Shown: piece by piece, positions 1-9,120 of the stretch | Numbering within the stretch: the stretch's first letter is position 1 | Layout of the letters: the number at the start of each line of letters is the position of its first letter | Source of the DNA: an uncultured Chthonomonadaceae bacterium | GTDB lineage: Bacteria > Armatimonadota > Chthonomonadetes > Chthonomonadales > Chthonomonadaceae | NCBI GenBank assembly: GCA_963817895.1 | Contig: CAWFQB010000001.1 | Coordinates: forward strand, 800,001-864,000 | Direction: 5' to 3' | DNA length: 64,000 nucleotides | The notes under the pieces: generated by a model | What the model saw: the letters and a program-made list of their open reading frames with translations, nothing else | Told to the model about the DNA's origin: nothing | The model's database searches: none | Position numbers and translations under genes: made by a program

Positions 1-90
1 TCACCAACGGAAACTCCGCGCAACGCCGCCACTGAAGCGGCAGCCGCTTCAACGCCTGCCGAAAGCGCGCGAACGCCCCTGACGCCGGAA

Positions 91-723
91 TTGATTGAAA
101 CGAAGATTTTGCAGGCGCTCGATCCGAATGTCAGCAAGCCGGATATGCCCGTCAGCGGGTTGGGCGTTTCGCCGCAGGCCGTGAAGCGCGGACACCCGCG
201 CCGCAAAGGGGTATTCATTTTCTGCCCGCATCGGCTTGTGGAAACGGTGTGGCAGGTTTCCGCCGACGAACTGCTGCAAATCGGAATTGCGGGCGTGATT
301 CTCGATCTGGACAACACGCTCGTCAAGTGGCAGCAGGATGAGATGACGGAAGAGGTGACGGGCTGGCTCAAAGCCTTGCAGGAGCGCAAAATCAAGTTGT
401 GCGTACTGTCCAACAGCATGATGAGCAAGCGCAGCGAAACCATTGCCGCCAAACTCAACAGCCCCTATGTGCGCCATGCCCGCAAGCCGAGCCGAACCGG
501 ATTTGAAAAGGCAATGGCGGCGATGGGAACGGTTCCCGCGAACACGGCCATTGTGGGTGATCAGATGTTTACCGACATATGGGGCGGCAACCGGACGGGC
601 ATCTATACCATCATGGTCAAGCCCATCCATCCGCGCGAATTCGCGTATACCCGCTACGTCAGCCGCCCACCGGAAAAACTGCTGCTCAAATACTTTAAGC
701 GCGGAGGCCATCTAAAAGGATAG
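91..723 (+). CDS. yqeG: YqeG-family HAD-IIIA phosphatase; the frame is open back to base 1, so the true start may lie upstream of the window
   Basis: DLDNTL motif I, LSN, ARKP, IVGDQMFTDIWGG motif; lies next to aroE, as yqeG often does. Confidence 0.85.
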   Translation: MIETKILQALDPNVSKPDMPVSGLGVSPQAVKRGHPRRKGVFIFCPHRLVETVWQVSADELLQIGIAGVILDLDNTLVKWQQDEMTEEVTGWLKALQERKIKLCVLSNSMMSKRSETIAAKLNSPYVRHARKPSRTGFEKAMAAMGTVPANTAIVGDQMFTDIWGGNRTGIYTIMVKPIHPREFAYTRYVSRPPEKLLLKYFKRGGHLKG

Positions 724-822
724 GTGTTCAGGTGTTCGGTGTTCGGTTAAGAACTTTGTTGGTCTGAAGTAAACTTGGGCTTTTCGATTTTCCGAACACC
801 GAATACCGAACACCTGAACACC
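723..822. repeat. Inverted pair of GGTGTTC(A) / (T)GAACACC 7-8-mer tandem arrays
   Basis: ggtgttcaggtgttcggtgttcgg at 723-746 and ccgaacaccgaataccgaacacctgaacacc at 792-822. Confidence 0.85.
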
Positions 823-910
823 CTTCTGCCTGCGGCTAATGATGCTGCATGTGCCTGCGTATAATCTAATTACGTACTTCAAAATAGGCCGGGAACAGAA
901 CAAGGGATTT

Positions 911-1849
911 ATGGCGTCAAAGGTGAATAGTATCGCTGTCCCCGAAATACGCGGCAGTACCAGGATTGTGGGCGTGTTCGGGCATCCGGTCACGCACAGC
1001 CTGTCCCCGGCGATGCACAATGCCGCGTTCGCCGCTCTTGATTTACCGTTTGTGTACGTTGCTTTTCCGGTTGCGCCCGATGCGCTGGGGCCGGCTCTGC
1101 GGAGTCTGGCCGCGCTTGGCATTGTCGGCGTGAATTTGACGATTCCGCACAAGGAACGCGCTCTGGAATCAATGGACACGATTACAGAAGAAGCGCGGCT
1201 TGTAGGGGCCGTCAACACCGTTCATTGCATGGATGGGCGCTTGATTGGCGACAACACGGACGGACAGGGATTTTTTCAGCCGCTGGCCGAGGCGGGCGTG
1301 GATGTGGCGGGGCAGATGGTTGTCATATTGGGCGCGGGCGGCGCGGCGCGGGCGGTGGCGTATCGGCTGGCGCGTGAAGGGGCCAATCTTGTGCTGGCGA
1401 ATCGGACGCGGGAACGCGCCGAACGTTTGGCGGGGGAGATTACGTCATTATCCGATGTTACCCGCAGAGCCACTGCGCGCGTCGTGGACTGGAATGAGGA
1501 CGCGACTGACAACGCGGAACTGGCGGACGCTTTGCGAACGGCGCGCGTTCTGGTGAATACCACCCGCGTGGGCATGTTCCCCGACGACCATGCGATGCCT
1601 CCTTTGCCGCTAAACGCGCTTTCGCCGACAACTTTAGTCTATGATCTGGTATATAATCCTGTAGAGACCCGATTGCTGCGGGAAGCCCGACGTGGGGGAT
1701 GCGCAACCCTGACGGGCGTGAAAATGCTGGTATATCAGGGCGCGGCGGCGTTTCAGCGCTGGTGCGGCGTGTGGCCGCCAACGGATGTTATGGAAAAAGC
1801 CGTTCTGAACGGCTTGAGGGAAAAGAAAAAAGGAGAGAGGGAAGAGTAA
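911..1849 (+). CDS. aroE: Shikimate dehydrogenase
   Basis: GHPVTHSLSPAMHN, GVNLTIPHK, GAVNT, NTDG, GAGGAARA, DLVYNP and MLVYQG motifs; ATG at 911. Confidence 0.95.
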   Translation: MASKVNSIAVPEIRGSTRIVGVFGHPVTHSLSPAMHNAAFAALDLPFVYVAFPVAPDALGPALRSLAALGIVGVNLTIPHKERALESMDTITEEARLVGAVNTVHCMDGRLIGDNTDGQGFFQPLAEAGVDVAGQMVVILGAGGAARAVAYRLAREGANLVLANRTRERAERLAGEITSLSDVTRRATARVVDWNEDATDNAELADALRTARVLVNTTRVGMFPDDHAMPPLPLNALSPTTLVYDLVYNPVETRLLREARRGGCATLTGVKMLVYQGAAAFQRWCGVWPPTDVMEKAVLNGLREKKKGEREE

Positions 1850-2063
1850 AACTTTTCCCTCTTCCCTTTTCCCTTGCATTGTGATACAATCGGGCGCGTG
1901 GTTCTCCGTTTGTTTGGCTGCTCGGAATAAAGAACGCGCGTCTTTCGGCAATATTCGATATAACTGACCAGAACAGAGTTGTGGCAAAGCGAGGCGCAAG
2001 CAATTTTGCGCTTTTCTGACCCCTGACTCCTGACTCCTGATCCTTGAATGTGGAGATACAAGC

Positions 2064-3878
2064 ATGGTAATGGCACGCAAGAGTCTTGGCGACTATATGC
2101 TCGAAAAGCAGTACCTTACCGAGACGCAACTTGAGGAGGCCCGCAAGGCGCAGCAGAGCACGCGCGGCGACCTTGCCAAAATCCTCGTCGAAATGGGCGT
2201 GGATGGCCGCAAGGTGTACGAAGCGAAAGCCCATGAAATGGGCGTCCCGTTTGTAGATTTGTCTAAATTCAAGCCCGAACCCGGCGCGATCAACATCGTG
2301 CCGAAGCACGTCGCCACGCGGCACAATGTGCTTCCCCTTCGCAAGCAGGAGCAAGTGTTGTGGGTCGCGATGACCGATCCCAACAACATTCAGGCCTCGG
2401 ATGACCTGCGCCTGGTTTCGCGCTGCACCATCAAGGCCGTCCTTGCCCCGCCCACCGACATTGAGGACGCCATTGGCCGTAATTACGGCAGCGATCTTGC
2501 GCCCGAAGCCGTTACCGGCGCGGCCACGACCTCACCCGGCATGAACCCTATGGGCAAAGGGGGCATGAATCCCAACAAAGCGGCCAGCAACGACATTATG
2601 GATACGGATGTTAAGTCCGCTATGGCCGAAGTCGTCGCCATTCGGGGAGCGCAGGGGGATGCGGCGAAGGAAGATGAAGCCGCCGCGCTGGAAGCCGAAG
2701 TGGAAGCCGCGCCTATTGTCCGTCTCGCCAACACCATTTTGCAGTCGGCCATCAAAGAGAAAGCGTCGGATATTCACATCGAACCGGACCGCCGCAACAT
2801 TCGCGTCCGTTTTCGTATTGACGGCGTACTGCACGAAGTCATGCAGATGCCCGGTTATATCAAAGCCCCGCTTGTCGCCCGCTACAAAATTTTGTCGGAA
2901 ATGAACATCGCGGAACGCCGCGTCCCGCAGGACGGACGCATCGGAACCCGCTTTGACAACAAAGAATACGACCTGCGCGTGTCGTGCCTGCCCAGCCTGC
3001 ATGGCGAAAAAATCGTTATGCGTATTCTGGACAAGAGCAGCGTTATGCTCGGCATGAACAAACTGGGTTTTACGCCCGAAATGCAGACGCAGATTGAGGA
3101 ACTGGCCGCGCAGCCGAACGGAATGTTGTTGTCCACCGGCCCAACCGGATCGGGCAAAACAACCACGCAATATTCGCTGCTGAACAAACTCAACGACATT
3201 GAAAAGAACATTCTCACGGTAGAAGACCCGTGCGAGTACCAGTTGAGCGGCATCACGCAGGTACAGGTGAACAAAAAAGCCGGCCTGACGTTCAGTTCCG
3301 CGTTGCGCTCGTTCTTGCGGCAAGACCCGGACATCATCATGGTCGGGGAGATGCGCGATCTGGAAACGGCGGAAATCGCTATTGAATCCGCGCTTACGGG
3401 CCACCTTGTGCTTTCCACGCTGCACACCAATGACGCGCCCTCGGCAACGATTCGTTTGATTGATATGGGCATCGAGCCGTTCCTTATCTCGGCCACCATC
3501 ATCGGCATCATGGCGCAGCGGCTTGGACGGCGCATCTGCTCCAACTGCAAAGAGTATTACGAGGTTCCTGCCAGTGACCTGCGCCGCTTCGGTTACAAAG
3601 TGACCGACCCGAACGAGATGGTGCAACTGGCGCGCGGCAAGGGCTGCGAAATGTGCCGCAACACCGGGTATAAGGGCCGCGTCGGGTTCTACGAACTGAT
3701 GACGATGAACGCGGAGATGGCGGAAATGGTGGTTCGCCGCGCCCCGCTGACGGACTTGAAGGAAGCCGCCAAAGCCAACGGCATGAAGGAACTGCGCGAA
3801 GACGGTCTGGTCAAAGTTTTGCAAGGCATGACCACGCCCGAAGAGGTTATGCGCGTCGTCTTCACCGCCGGTTTCTAG
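2064..3878 (+). CDS. pilB: Type IV pilus extension ATPase (PilB/GspE family) with MshEN-like N-terminus
   Basis: ASDIHIEP, RVPQDGR, Walker A GPTGSGKT, Asp box TVEDPCE, Walker B LRQDPDIIMVGEMRD, His box GHLVLSTLH, CxxC...CxxC. Confidence 0.95.
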   Translation: MVMARKSLGDYMLEKQYLTETQLEEARKAQQSTRGDLAKILVEMGVDGRKVYEAKAHEMGVPFVDLSKFKPEPGAINIVPKHVATRHNVLPLRKQEQVLWVAMTDPNNIQASDDLRLVSRCTIKAVLAPPTDIEDAIGRNYGSDLAPEAVTGAATTSPGMNPMGKGGMNPNKAASNDIMDTDVKSAMAEVVAIRGAQGDAAKEDEAAALEAEVEAAPIVRLANTILQSAIKEKASDIHIEPDRRNIRVRFRIDGVLHEVMQMPGYIKAPLVARYKILSEMNIAERRVPQDGRIGTRFDNKEYDLRVSCLPSLHGEKIVMRILDKSSVMLGMNKLGFTPEMQTQIEELAAQPNGMLLSTGPTGSGKTTTQYSLLNKLNDIEKNILTVEDPCEYQLSGITQVQVNKKAGLTFSSALRSFLRQDPDIIMVGEMRDLETAEIAIESALTGHLVLSTLHTNDAPSATIRLIDMGIEPFLISATIIGIMAQRLGRRICSNCKEYYEVPASDLRRFGYKVTDPNEMVQLARGKGCEMCRNTGYKGRVGFYELMTMNAEMAEMVVRRAPLTDLKEAAKANGMKELREDGLVKVLQGMTTPEEVMRVVFTAGF

Positions 3879-3917
3879 CCCTCACCCCTAGCCCCTCTCC
3901 CAAGTTTGGGAGAGGGG
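3879..3917 (+). repeat. REP-like element (CCCTCACCCC-N-CCCCTCTCCC-loop-GGGAGAGGGG)
   Basis: Starts immediately after the pilB stop codon; same family as copies at 9017, 38472, 39378, 39518 and 40951. Confidence 0.85.
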
Positions 3918-3965
3918 AACTCTTGTTTTGATGGTGTGCTGCATAGAGAAAGCGCAGGGGCAGCC

Positions 3966-5282
3966 ATGTCGGACGAGGACGCGAAAACCGAACAGCCGAC
4001 GCCTGACCCGTTGCCGGATATAGATGTCCGCTCTGCCATAGCCGAAGTGATTGCATTAGCAGGAGCGCAGGACGCGGCGACTGATTATGAAGACGAACAC
4101 CAAAAACAAGTTGAGGAAGCGCCGATAGTTCGACTTGCCAATACCATTTTACAGTCGGCTATTAAAGAAAAAGCGTCGGATATTCACATCGAACCGGATC
4201 GCCGCAACATTCGCGTCCGCTTCCGTATTGACGGCGTACTGCACGAAGCGATACAGATGCCGGGTTATATTACAGCCCCTCTCACGCGACGGTACAAAGT
4301 CTTAGCGAATGTAAACATCATAGAGTACCGTGTGCCACAGCAAGGCCAGATAGGTACGCGGTATGACGGCATTGAGTACACTCTACGGTTTAACACAGTC
4401 CCAACGCACTACGGCGAAAAGATTATAATTCGCCTTTCTGCCACATCCGGCGCGAAGTTGTACATAAATCAAGTAGGTTTTACGCCCGAAGTGCAGGCGG
4501 CGCTAGAGGATTTGCTGTTCTGGCGACCGGGCATGTTGTTGATTGCAGCAGGAAACGGGCAGGGCAAGACGACCACGCAGTATACGTTTCTGAACCGTCT
4601 GAACTCTGTGGATAAAAGCATTTTTGCGGTAGCCCCCGATTACGATTATACGCTGCCGGGAATTACGCAAGCCACGCTGAACCCCGGTATCGGCTACACG
4701 GCGGAAGCGGCATTAGCGTCTATCGCCAATCTGGACGCGCAAGTTGTCGCGCTGGATCGCTGCCGTTCGCGGGAAGCCACGCAGCTGGCGTTGGGCATGG
4801 CAGCCGCCAACACAATTGTTTTGCAAACCCTGACGGCTTCCAACGCTTTGTCGGCGTTGCGGTATCTGACCGAGAGCGCGGAACGGGGTTTGATTGCGGA
4901 AGGGTTAAGCGGTATTCTCGCCCAAACGTTGGTTCGCCGCCTTTGTTCCAACTGCAAAGTATTTTACGAGGTCACTGCTCAGGACTTGCGCCGTTTTGGA
5001 TACAAAGTGACTGATCCCAATGAAAGTGTGCAGATTGCGCGTGGCACAGGCTGCGAACAGTGCCTCAATACAGGCTACAAAGGCCGTCTCGGATTATTTG
5101 AACTGTTGACGATGAACGCGGAATTGGCGAATATGATTGTTCTGAGAGCTTCTGAGAAAGACTTGAAGGAAGCCGCCAGAGCCAACGGCATGAGGGAACT
5201 GCGCGAAGACGGGCTGGTCAAGGTTTTACAGGGAATAACGACACCCGAAGAGGTTGTACGCGCCGTTCCGATGCGGATGTAA
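3966..5282 (+). CDS. PilB paralog lacking the N1 domain, with degenerate catalytic motifs (pseudo-ATPase)
   Basis: 43 aa identical to PilB (APIVRLA...DGVLHE) and a near-identical C-terminus; Walker A AAGNGQGKT retained; Asp box, Walker B Glu and His box replaced; ORF intact. Confidence 0.85.
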   Translation: MSDEDAKTEQPTPDPLPDIDVRSAIAEVIALAGAQDAATDYEDEHQKQVEEAPIVRLANTILQSAIKEKASDIHIEPDRRNIRVRFRIDGVLHEAIQMPGYITAPLTRRYKVLANVNIIEYRVPQQGQIGTRYDGIEYTLRFNTVPTHYGEKIIIRLSATSGAKLYINQVGFTPEVQAALEDLLFWRPGMLLIAAGNGQGKTTTQYTFLNRLNSVDKSIFAVAPDYDYTLPGITQATLNPGIGYTAEAALASIANLDAQVVALDRCRSREATQLALGMAAANTIVLQTLTASNALSALRYLTESAERGLIAEGLSGILAQTLVRRLCSNCKVFYEVTAQDLRRFGYKVTDPNESVQIARGTGCEQCLNTGYKGRLGLFELLTMNAELANMIVLRASEKDLKEAARANGMRELREDGLVKVLQGITTPEEVVRAVPMRM

Positions 5283-5351
5283 CTGCTTGTGCCGAGTATT
5301 AAATACCCGGCAGGAAAGCGCAAGCATCCTAATGACGCAACTTTCTATTAA

Positions 5352-5453
5352 GAGCCTATCCCGGTAGGCCGGGTACAAAGAACGTACCCGTCTGAGTGGC
5401 CTGCGGCCAAGCGTCCTTCGGACGCAAATGCAATCGCCTGTTGGGATAGGCTC
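5352..5453. mobile_element. ~102-bp MITE with 11-bp terminal inverted repeats and TAA target duplication
   Basis: TAA|GAGCCTATCCC (5352-5362) ... GGGATAGGCTC|TAA (5443-5453); internal hairpins. Confidence 0.65.
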
Positions 5454-5580
5454 TAAGCCTCCCGCGTCCGAAGGACGCCTGGCGGAACGCCATATAGACA
5501 GGGGTTTTCAACCTCTGGCGCGGGCTGGGGCGAGTGTGATTACCGAAGGAGAGGACGAACTTGAAAAATTCTTCTAACTC

Positions 5581-6609
5581 GGGCCTTGTGCTAGTTAGCA
5601 CGTCATTGTGTGGCCTGTCCTTTGTTCAGTTTGTGCCTTCGTTACGTACAAGAGTTTATCATCACACAAACTCCGCGCGTAACGAAAGGCACTTCCATGA
5701 TAACGCATTTTGACGACTTCTGCTTGTGGGTCTACTATGTGATTGACAGTATCTGGCAAGAAATCGGCAGTCAGTTCACCCATCCCGGCCCCCAATCCGA
5801 GTGCAGTGATGCCGAATTGCTCACGCTCGCCCTTGTGGGCGAGTGCCGGGGGTGGGACAAAGAAACGGAGATGATGCAGGAATGGCGGATGTACCGCCAC
5901 TTATTCCCGCATTTGCCCGAGCGTTCGCGCTTCAATCGTCGCCGCCGTACCCTGTGTCAGGCGATGAACCTGATCCGTCAAGGTGTACTTGGCTTGTTGG
6001 ACTTAGCCCAAGATGGACAATGCTTGCTTGACAGCCTGCCGGTTCCCGTTGTCGGCTTTCATCTGGCTCCGCAGGCGGGCAGCGGCTGGAAAGAACACGG
6101 CGCGACCTTCGGCAAAGTCAGTTCCAAGAAGTGGACAATCTTCGGCTACAAACTGCACTTGTTGTTAGCTGTCAACGGAACTATTCTGGACTTTGAACTC
6201 GCCCCTGCCAACGAAACCGACCTGAGCGTGGGGCAGGAAATCCTGTCGGCCCACGCGAATTTGCTGGTCATGGGCGACAAAGGCTACATCAGTCAGGAAG
6301 CGAAGGAACAGTGTGCCCAACGCAATGTCCGTCTGCTAACCCTGCCGCGTTCCAACCAGAAACAACAGGTTAGTCGCGAAACCAAGTACCGCTTCAACCG
6401 TTTGCGGCAGATAATCGAGACGGTCAATGGGCAACTCACGCAACAGTTCAACGTCGAAACCAATCATGCGCATAGTTTTTGGGGCTTGTGTACCCGCTTG
6501 TACGCCAAGTTGACCGCCCATACCGTGTGCATCTATCTAAACCGCTTGCTCGGCAAGGCAGAGTTCTTGCAGATCAAGGCACTGGCCTTCCCTAACTAGC
6601 ACAAGGCCC
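5581..6609 (+). mobile_element. IS982-family insertion sequence
   Basis: Perfect 18-bp inverted repeats GGGCCTTGTGCTAGTTAG (5581-5598) and CTAACTAGCACAAGGCCC (6592-6609) bracket a DDE transposase; no clear target duplication. Confidence 0.9.
5697..6599 (+). CDS. IS982-family DDE transposase
   Basis: SDAELLTL, SRFNRR, LDSLPVPV, FGYKLHL, GDKGY and RQIIETV motifs. Confidence 0.9.
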   Translation: MITHFDDFCLWVYYVIDSIWQEIGSQFTHPGPQSECSDAELLTLALVGECRGWDKETEMMQEWRMYRHLFPHLPERSRFNRRRRTLCQAMNLIRQGVLGLLDLAQDGQCLLDSLPVPVVGFHLAPQAGSGWKEHGATFGKVSSKKWTIFGYKLHLLLAVNGTILDFELAPANETDLSVGQEILSAHANLLVMGDKGYISQEAKEQCAQRNVRLLTLPRSNQKQQVSRETKYRFNRLRQIIETVNGQLTQQFNVETNHAHSFWGLCTRLYAKLTAHTVCIYLNRLLGKAEFLQIKALAFPN

Positions 6610-6623
6610 TAGTTGTTAGGCCA

Positions 6624-6893
6624 ATGCAGCGCATTGTTATCATTACACGCTTTATGGCGTACACCAATGAAGATACGCAGAAGATTGCGAGCATTTTGGA
6701 TCAAACGGACGGAATTCTAAACCTGCTGATGTATGGCGAAGACGAACCGGGCGAACTTGAGCAGGCGGTGAAATGGCTCGGCACGAAATACCCGGAGTTC
6801 AGCAGCCTGTGGGAAGAATACCGCGTCCACTTGCGGCGTGAAATGCTACAGCAGGTGGCAAAATTACGGAAATGGGCGTATACTGAAATATAA
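6624..6893 (+). CDS. Small hypothetical protein (start at 6624 or 6654)
   Basis: Helical-looking 79-89 aa ORF, co-directional between the IS and pilT; no motif recognised. Confidence 0.45.
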   Translation: MQRIVIITRFMAYTNEDTQKIASILDQTDGILNLLMYGEDEPGELEQAVKWLGTKYPEFSSLWEEYRVHLRREMLQQVAKLRKWAYTEI

Positions 6894-6964
6894 TCGCATC
6901 CGCATCGCAATCATTGGCTTTGCCCGAACAAGCGCGGGCAAAATGTAATCGCCGGAGAAAACAC

Positions 6965-8365
6965 TTGGCAAACAATCCCTACTCCAACCAGCCCGGAGCA
7001 CCCCCGCAGCCGGGACAGCCCCAACAGCCCGGTCAGCAGCCGGGAAGCGGATCTCAACAGGCCGGCGGCTTCGGAGCCGTACCCAACATGTACGGTCAAG
7101 CCCCACCCGTAAACGCCTATAATCCCGGCGCGGGACAGGTTCCTGCCGCGCCGGGTCAACCGGGTCAGCCCGGCCAGCCGGGTATGCCCGTGCCGCAGCC
7201 CATGCCGACCGCGCAAGTCGTGCAGGTGGCATCCGCGAAACCGCAGCCGCTCGACGACGCGCATATTGACGACCTGCTGAACACGATGTTTGAAAAGGGC
7301 GCGTCCGACCTGCACCTTGCGGTCGGTATTCCGCCTATCATCCGCATTGATGGCGCGCTTGTGCCGGTTCCCTATGAGAAGATGTCTCCGCAGCACTCGC
7401 AGCGCCTGATTTACGACATTCTCACGGACGAACAGATACAGCGGTTTGAAACCCATCTGGAACTGGACTTCTCCTATCAGCTTGCGCGCACCGCCCGCTT
7501 CCGCGTGAACGTGTTCCGCGATAAAGGCAACTGCGCCAGCGCGTTCCGCCAGATTCCGCAGAAAATTCCGACCCTGACGCAATTGAACCTGCCCGCCGTG
7601 CTGGAAGAACTGACCCGCCTGCCGCGCGGCCTTGTCCTCGTGACCGGCCCGACCGGTTCGGGCAAGTCCACCACGCTGGCCGCCATGATCAACCAGATCA
7701 ACAGCGAAGTCAGCAAGCACATCATCACGATTGAAGACCCGATTGAGTACCTGCACACGCACCGAACCAGCGTTATCAATCAGCGCGAAGTCGGGCAGGA
7801 CACGCTGGAATTCAAAAACGCCCTGCGCGCCGCCCTCCGCGAAGACCCGGACGTGATTCTCGTCGGTGAAATGCGCGACCTGGAAACCATGCAGATGGCC
7901 GTGTCCGCAGCCGAAACGGGCCACCTTGTGTTCGCCACGCTGCATACCAACTCCGCGGCCACCTCCGTCGAGCGCATCGTGGACTCGTTCCCCGGCGGGC
8001 AGCAGGAGCAGGTTCGCTTGCAGTTGTCCAACAACTTGCAGGCCATTCTCTGCCAGCAGTTGATTCCCCGCGCCAACCAGCCGGGCCGCGTCTGCGCCCT
8101 GGAAATCATGCGCGCTTCCCCGGCCATCCGCAACCTGATCCGCGAGGCCAAAGCGCACCAGATCACAGTCATGATTCAGACCAGCGCCAACCTGGGTATG
8201 CAGACGATGGATCAGTGCCTGCGCGACCTGTACGTGCGCGGAACCATCTCGTTTGAAGAGGCCATGAACCGCGCCATGAACCCGCCGGAACTGGAAAAGA
8301 TGATCAAAACCGTGACCGCGCCGACCACCGGGCCGGGTTCAAGCGGCGGCAATACGCGGTATTAA
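6965..8365 (+). CDS. pilT: Twitching-motility retraction ATPase with Pro/Gln/Gly-rich N-terminal extension
   Basis: ASDLHL, RFRVNVF, GPTGSGKSTT, TIEDPIE, LREDPDVILVGEMRD, GHLVFATLH, AIRNLIRE, GMQT; GGAG upstream of a TTG start at 6965. Confidence 0.95.
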   Translation: MANNPYSNQPGAPPQPGQPQQPGQQPGSGSQQAGGFGAVPNMYGQAPPVNAYNPGAGQVPAAPGQPGQPGQPGMPVPQPMPTAQVVQVASAKPQPLDDAHIDDLLNTMFEKGASDLHLAVGIPPIIRIDGALVPVPYEKMSPQHSQRLIYDILTDEQIQRFETHLELDFSYQLARTARFRVNVFRDKGNCASAFRQIPQKIPTLTQLNLPAVLEELTRLPRGLVLVTGPTGSGKSTTLAAMINQINSEVSKHIITIEDPIEYLHTHRTSVINQREVGQDTLEFKNALRAALREDPDVILVGEMRDLETMQMAVSAAETGHLVFATLHTNSAATSVERIVDSFPGGQQEQVRLQLSNNLQAILCQQLIPRANQPGRVCALEIMRASPAIRNLIREAKAHQITVMIQTSANLGMQTMDQCLRDLYVRGTISFEEAMNRAMNPPELEKMIKTVTAPTTGPGSSGGNTRY

Positions 8366-8368
8366 GAG

Positions 8369-8487
8369 GGTGGTTGGTGACTGGTGGTTGGTGACTGGTA
8401 AAACGTTATTCTAAGCCTCCTGCAATGCGGACAAACGATAATTTGCAGCATATAACCAATCGCCAGCCACCAGTCACCAACCACCAA
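8369..8487. repeat. Inverted pair of TGGTGAC/TGGTGGT heptamer arrays
   Basis: tggttggtgactggtggttggtgactggt ... ccagccaccagtcaccaaccaccaa. Confidence 0.85.
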
Positions 8488-8499
8488 TAGAGAATTGTC

Positions 8500-8976
8500 A
8501 TGCCGATCTTTCAATACACCGTACGGGATCAACCGGGCAAACGCGAACCGGGACATCAGAAGCGGAAGACATCGAAATATTGAAGATGCGCCTTCAGGAG
8601 CAGGGATTTGCCGTAGTAGAGGTCGGTGGGGTTGGCTATAAGCGCGACCGCAGCCGTATGGTTCGCGTTTCCAGCACTGAAGTGCTGGTGTTCTGGATAC
8701 AGTTTTCCATTATGATTGACAAGCAGGTGTCGCTTGTCCACGCCTTAGACATTGCCGCCGAACGCGCCGAATCCCTGCGCTTTGCTTCAGTGTTGAAATG
8801 TATTGCGAGGTCAGGTTTGCGGCGGAACGCCCCTGCATCAAGCCATGTCGCAGTACCCCAACGTTTTTGATGTGGCTTCCGTCGGCATTATTCATGCGGG
8901 CGAAACCGCCAACGCCCTGCCGGACGCCGTACATCGCCTGATACAATTTATGGAGCGTGACCGCAGGCGTGGTTGA
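8500..8976 (+). CDS. Truncated PilC paralog: N-terminal cytoplasmic (T2SSF) domain only, two single-base frameshifts; may be a pseudogene
   Basis: MPIFQYTVRDQ...EAEDIEILKMRLQEQGF...QFSIMID..VSLVHALD...AMSQYPNVF...AGE...RLIQFMERD aligns with the pilC N-terminus; stop before TM1. Confidence 0.7.
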
Positions 8977-9016
8977 TACGCTTCTGATGAACTTATATGC
9001 GCCTTCAAAAACCACT

Positions 9017-9058
9017 CCCCTCTCCCATGCTTTTTGGGAGAGGGGCCGGGGGTGAGGG
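9017..9058 (-). repeat. REP-like element, reverse orientation
   Basis: cccctctccc-atgcttttt-gggagaggggccgggggtgaggg. Confidence 0.85.
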
Positions 9059-9120
9059 CTTTAGTGGTTAATAGTTTTTGTTCGTCATCGGGTTTGTAAA
9101 GTTTGCGGAGGAGAATATCC

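Noticed and set aside
2700..5282. pilB/pilB* similarity as a diversity-generating retroelement TR/VR pair
   Set aside because: The differences are not adenine-specific and no reverse transcriptase is in the window.
5570..6620. Target-site duplication for the IS982
   Set aside because: The flanks cttctaactc and tagttgttag share no direct repeat.
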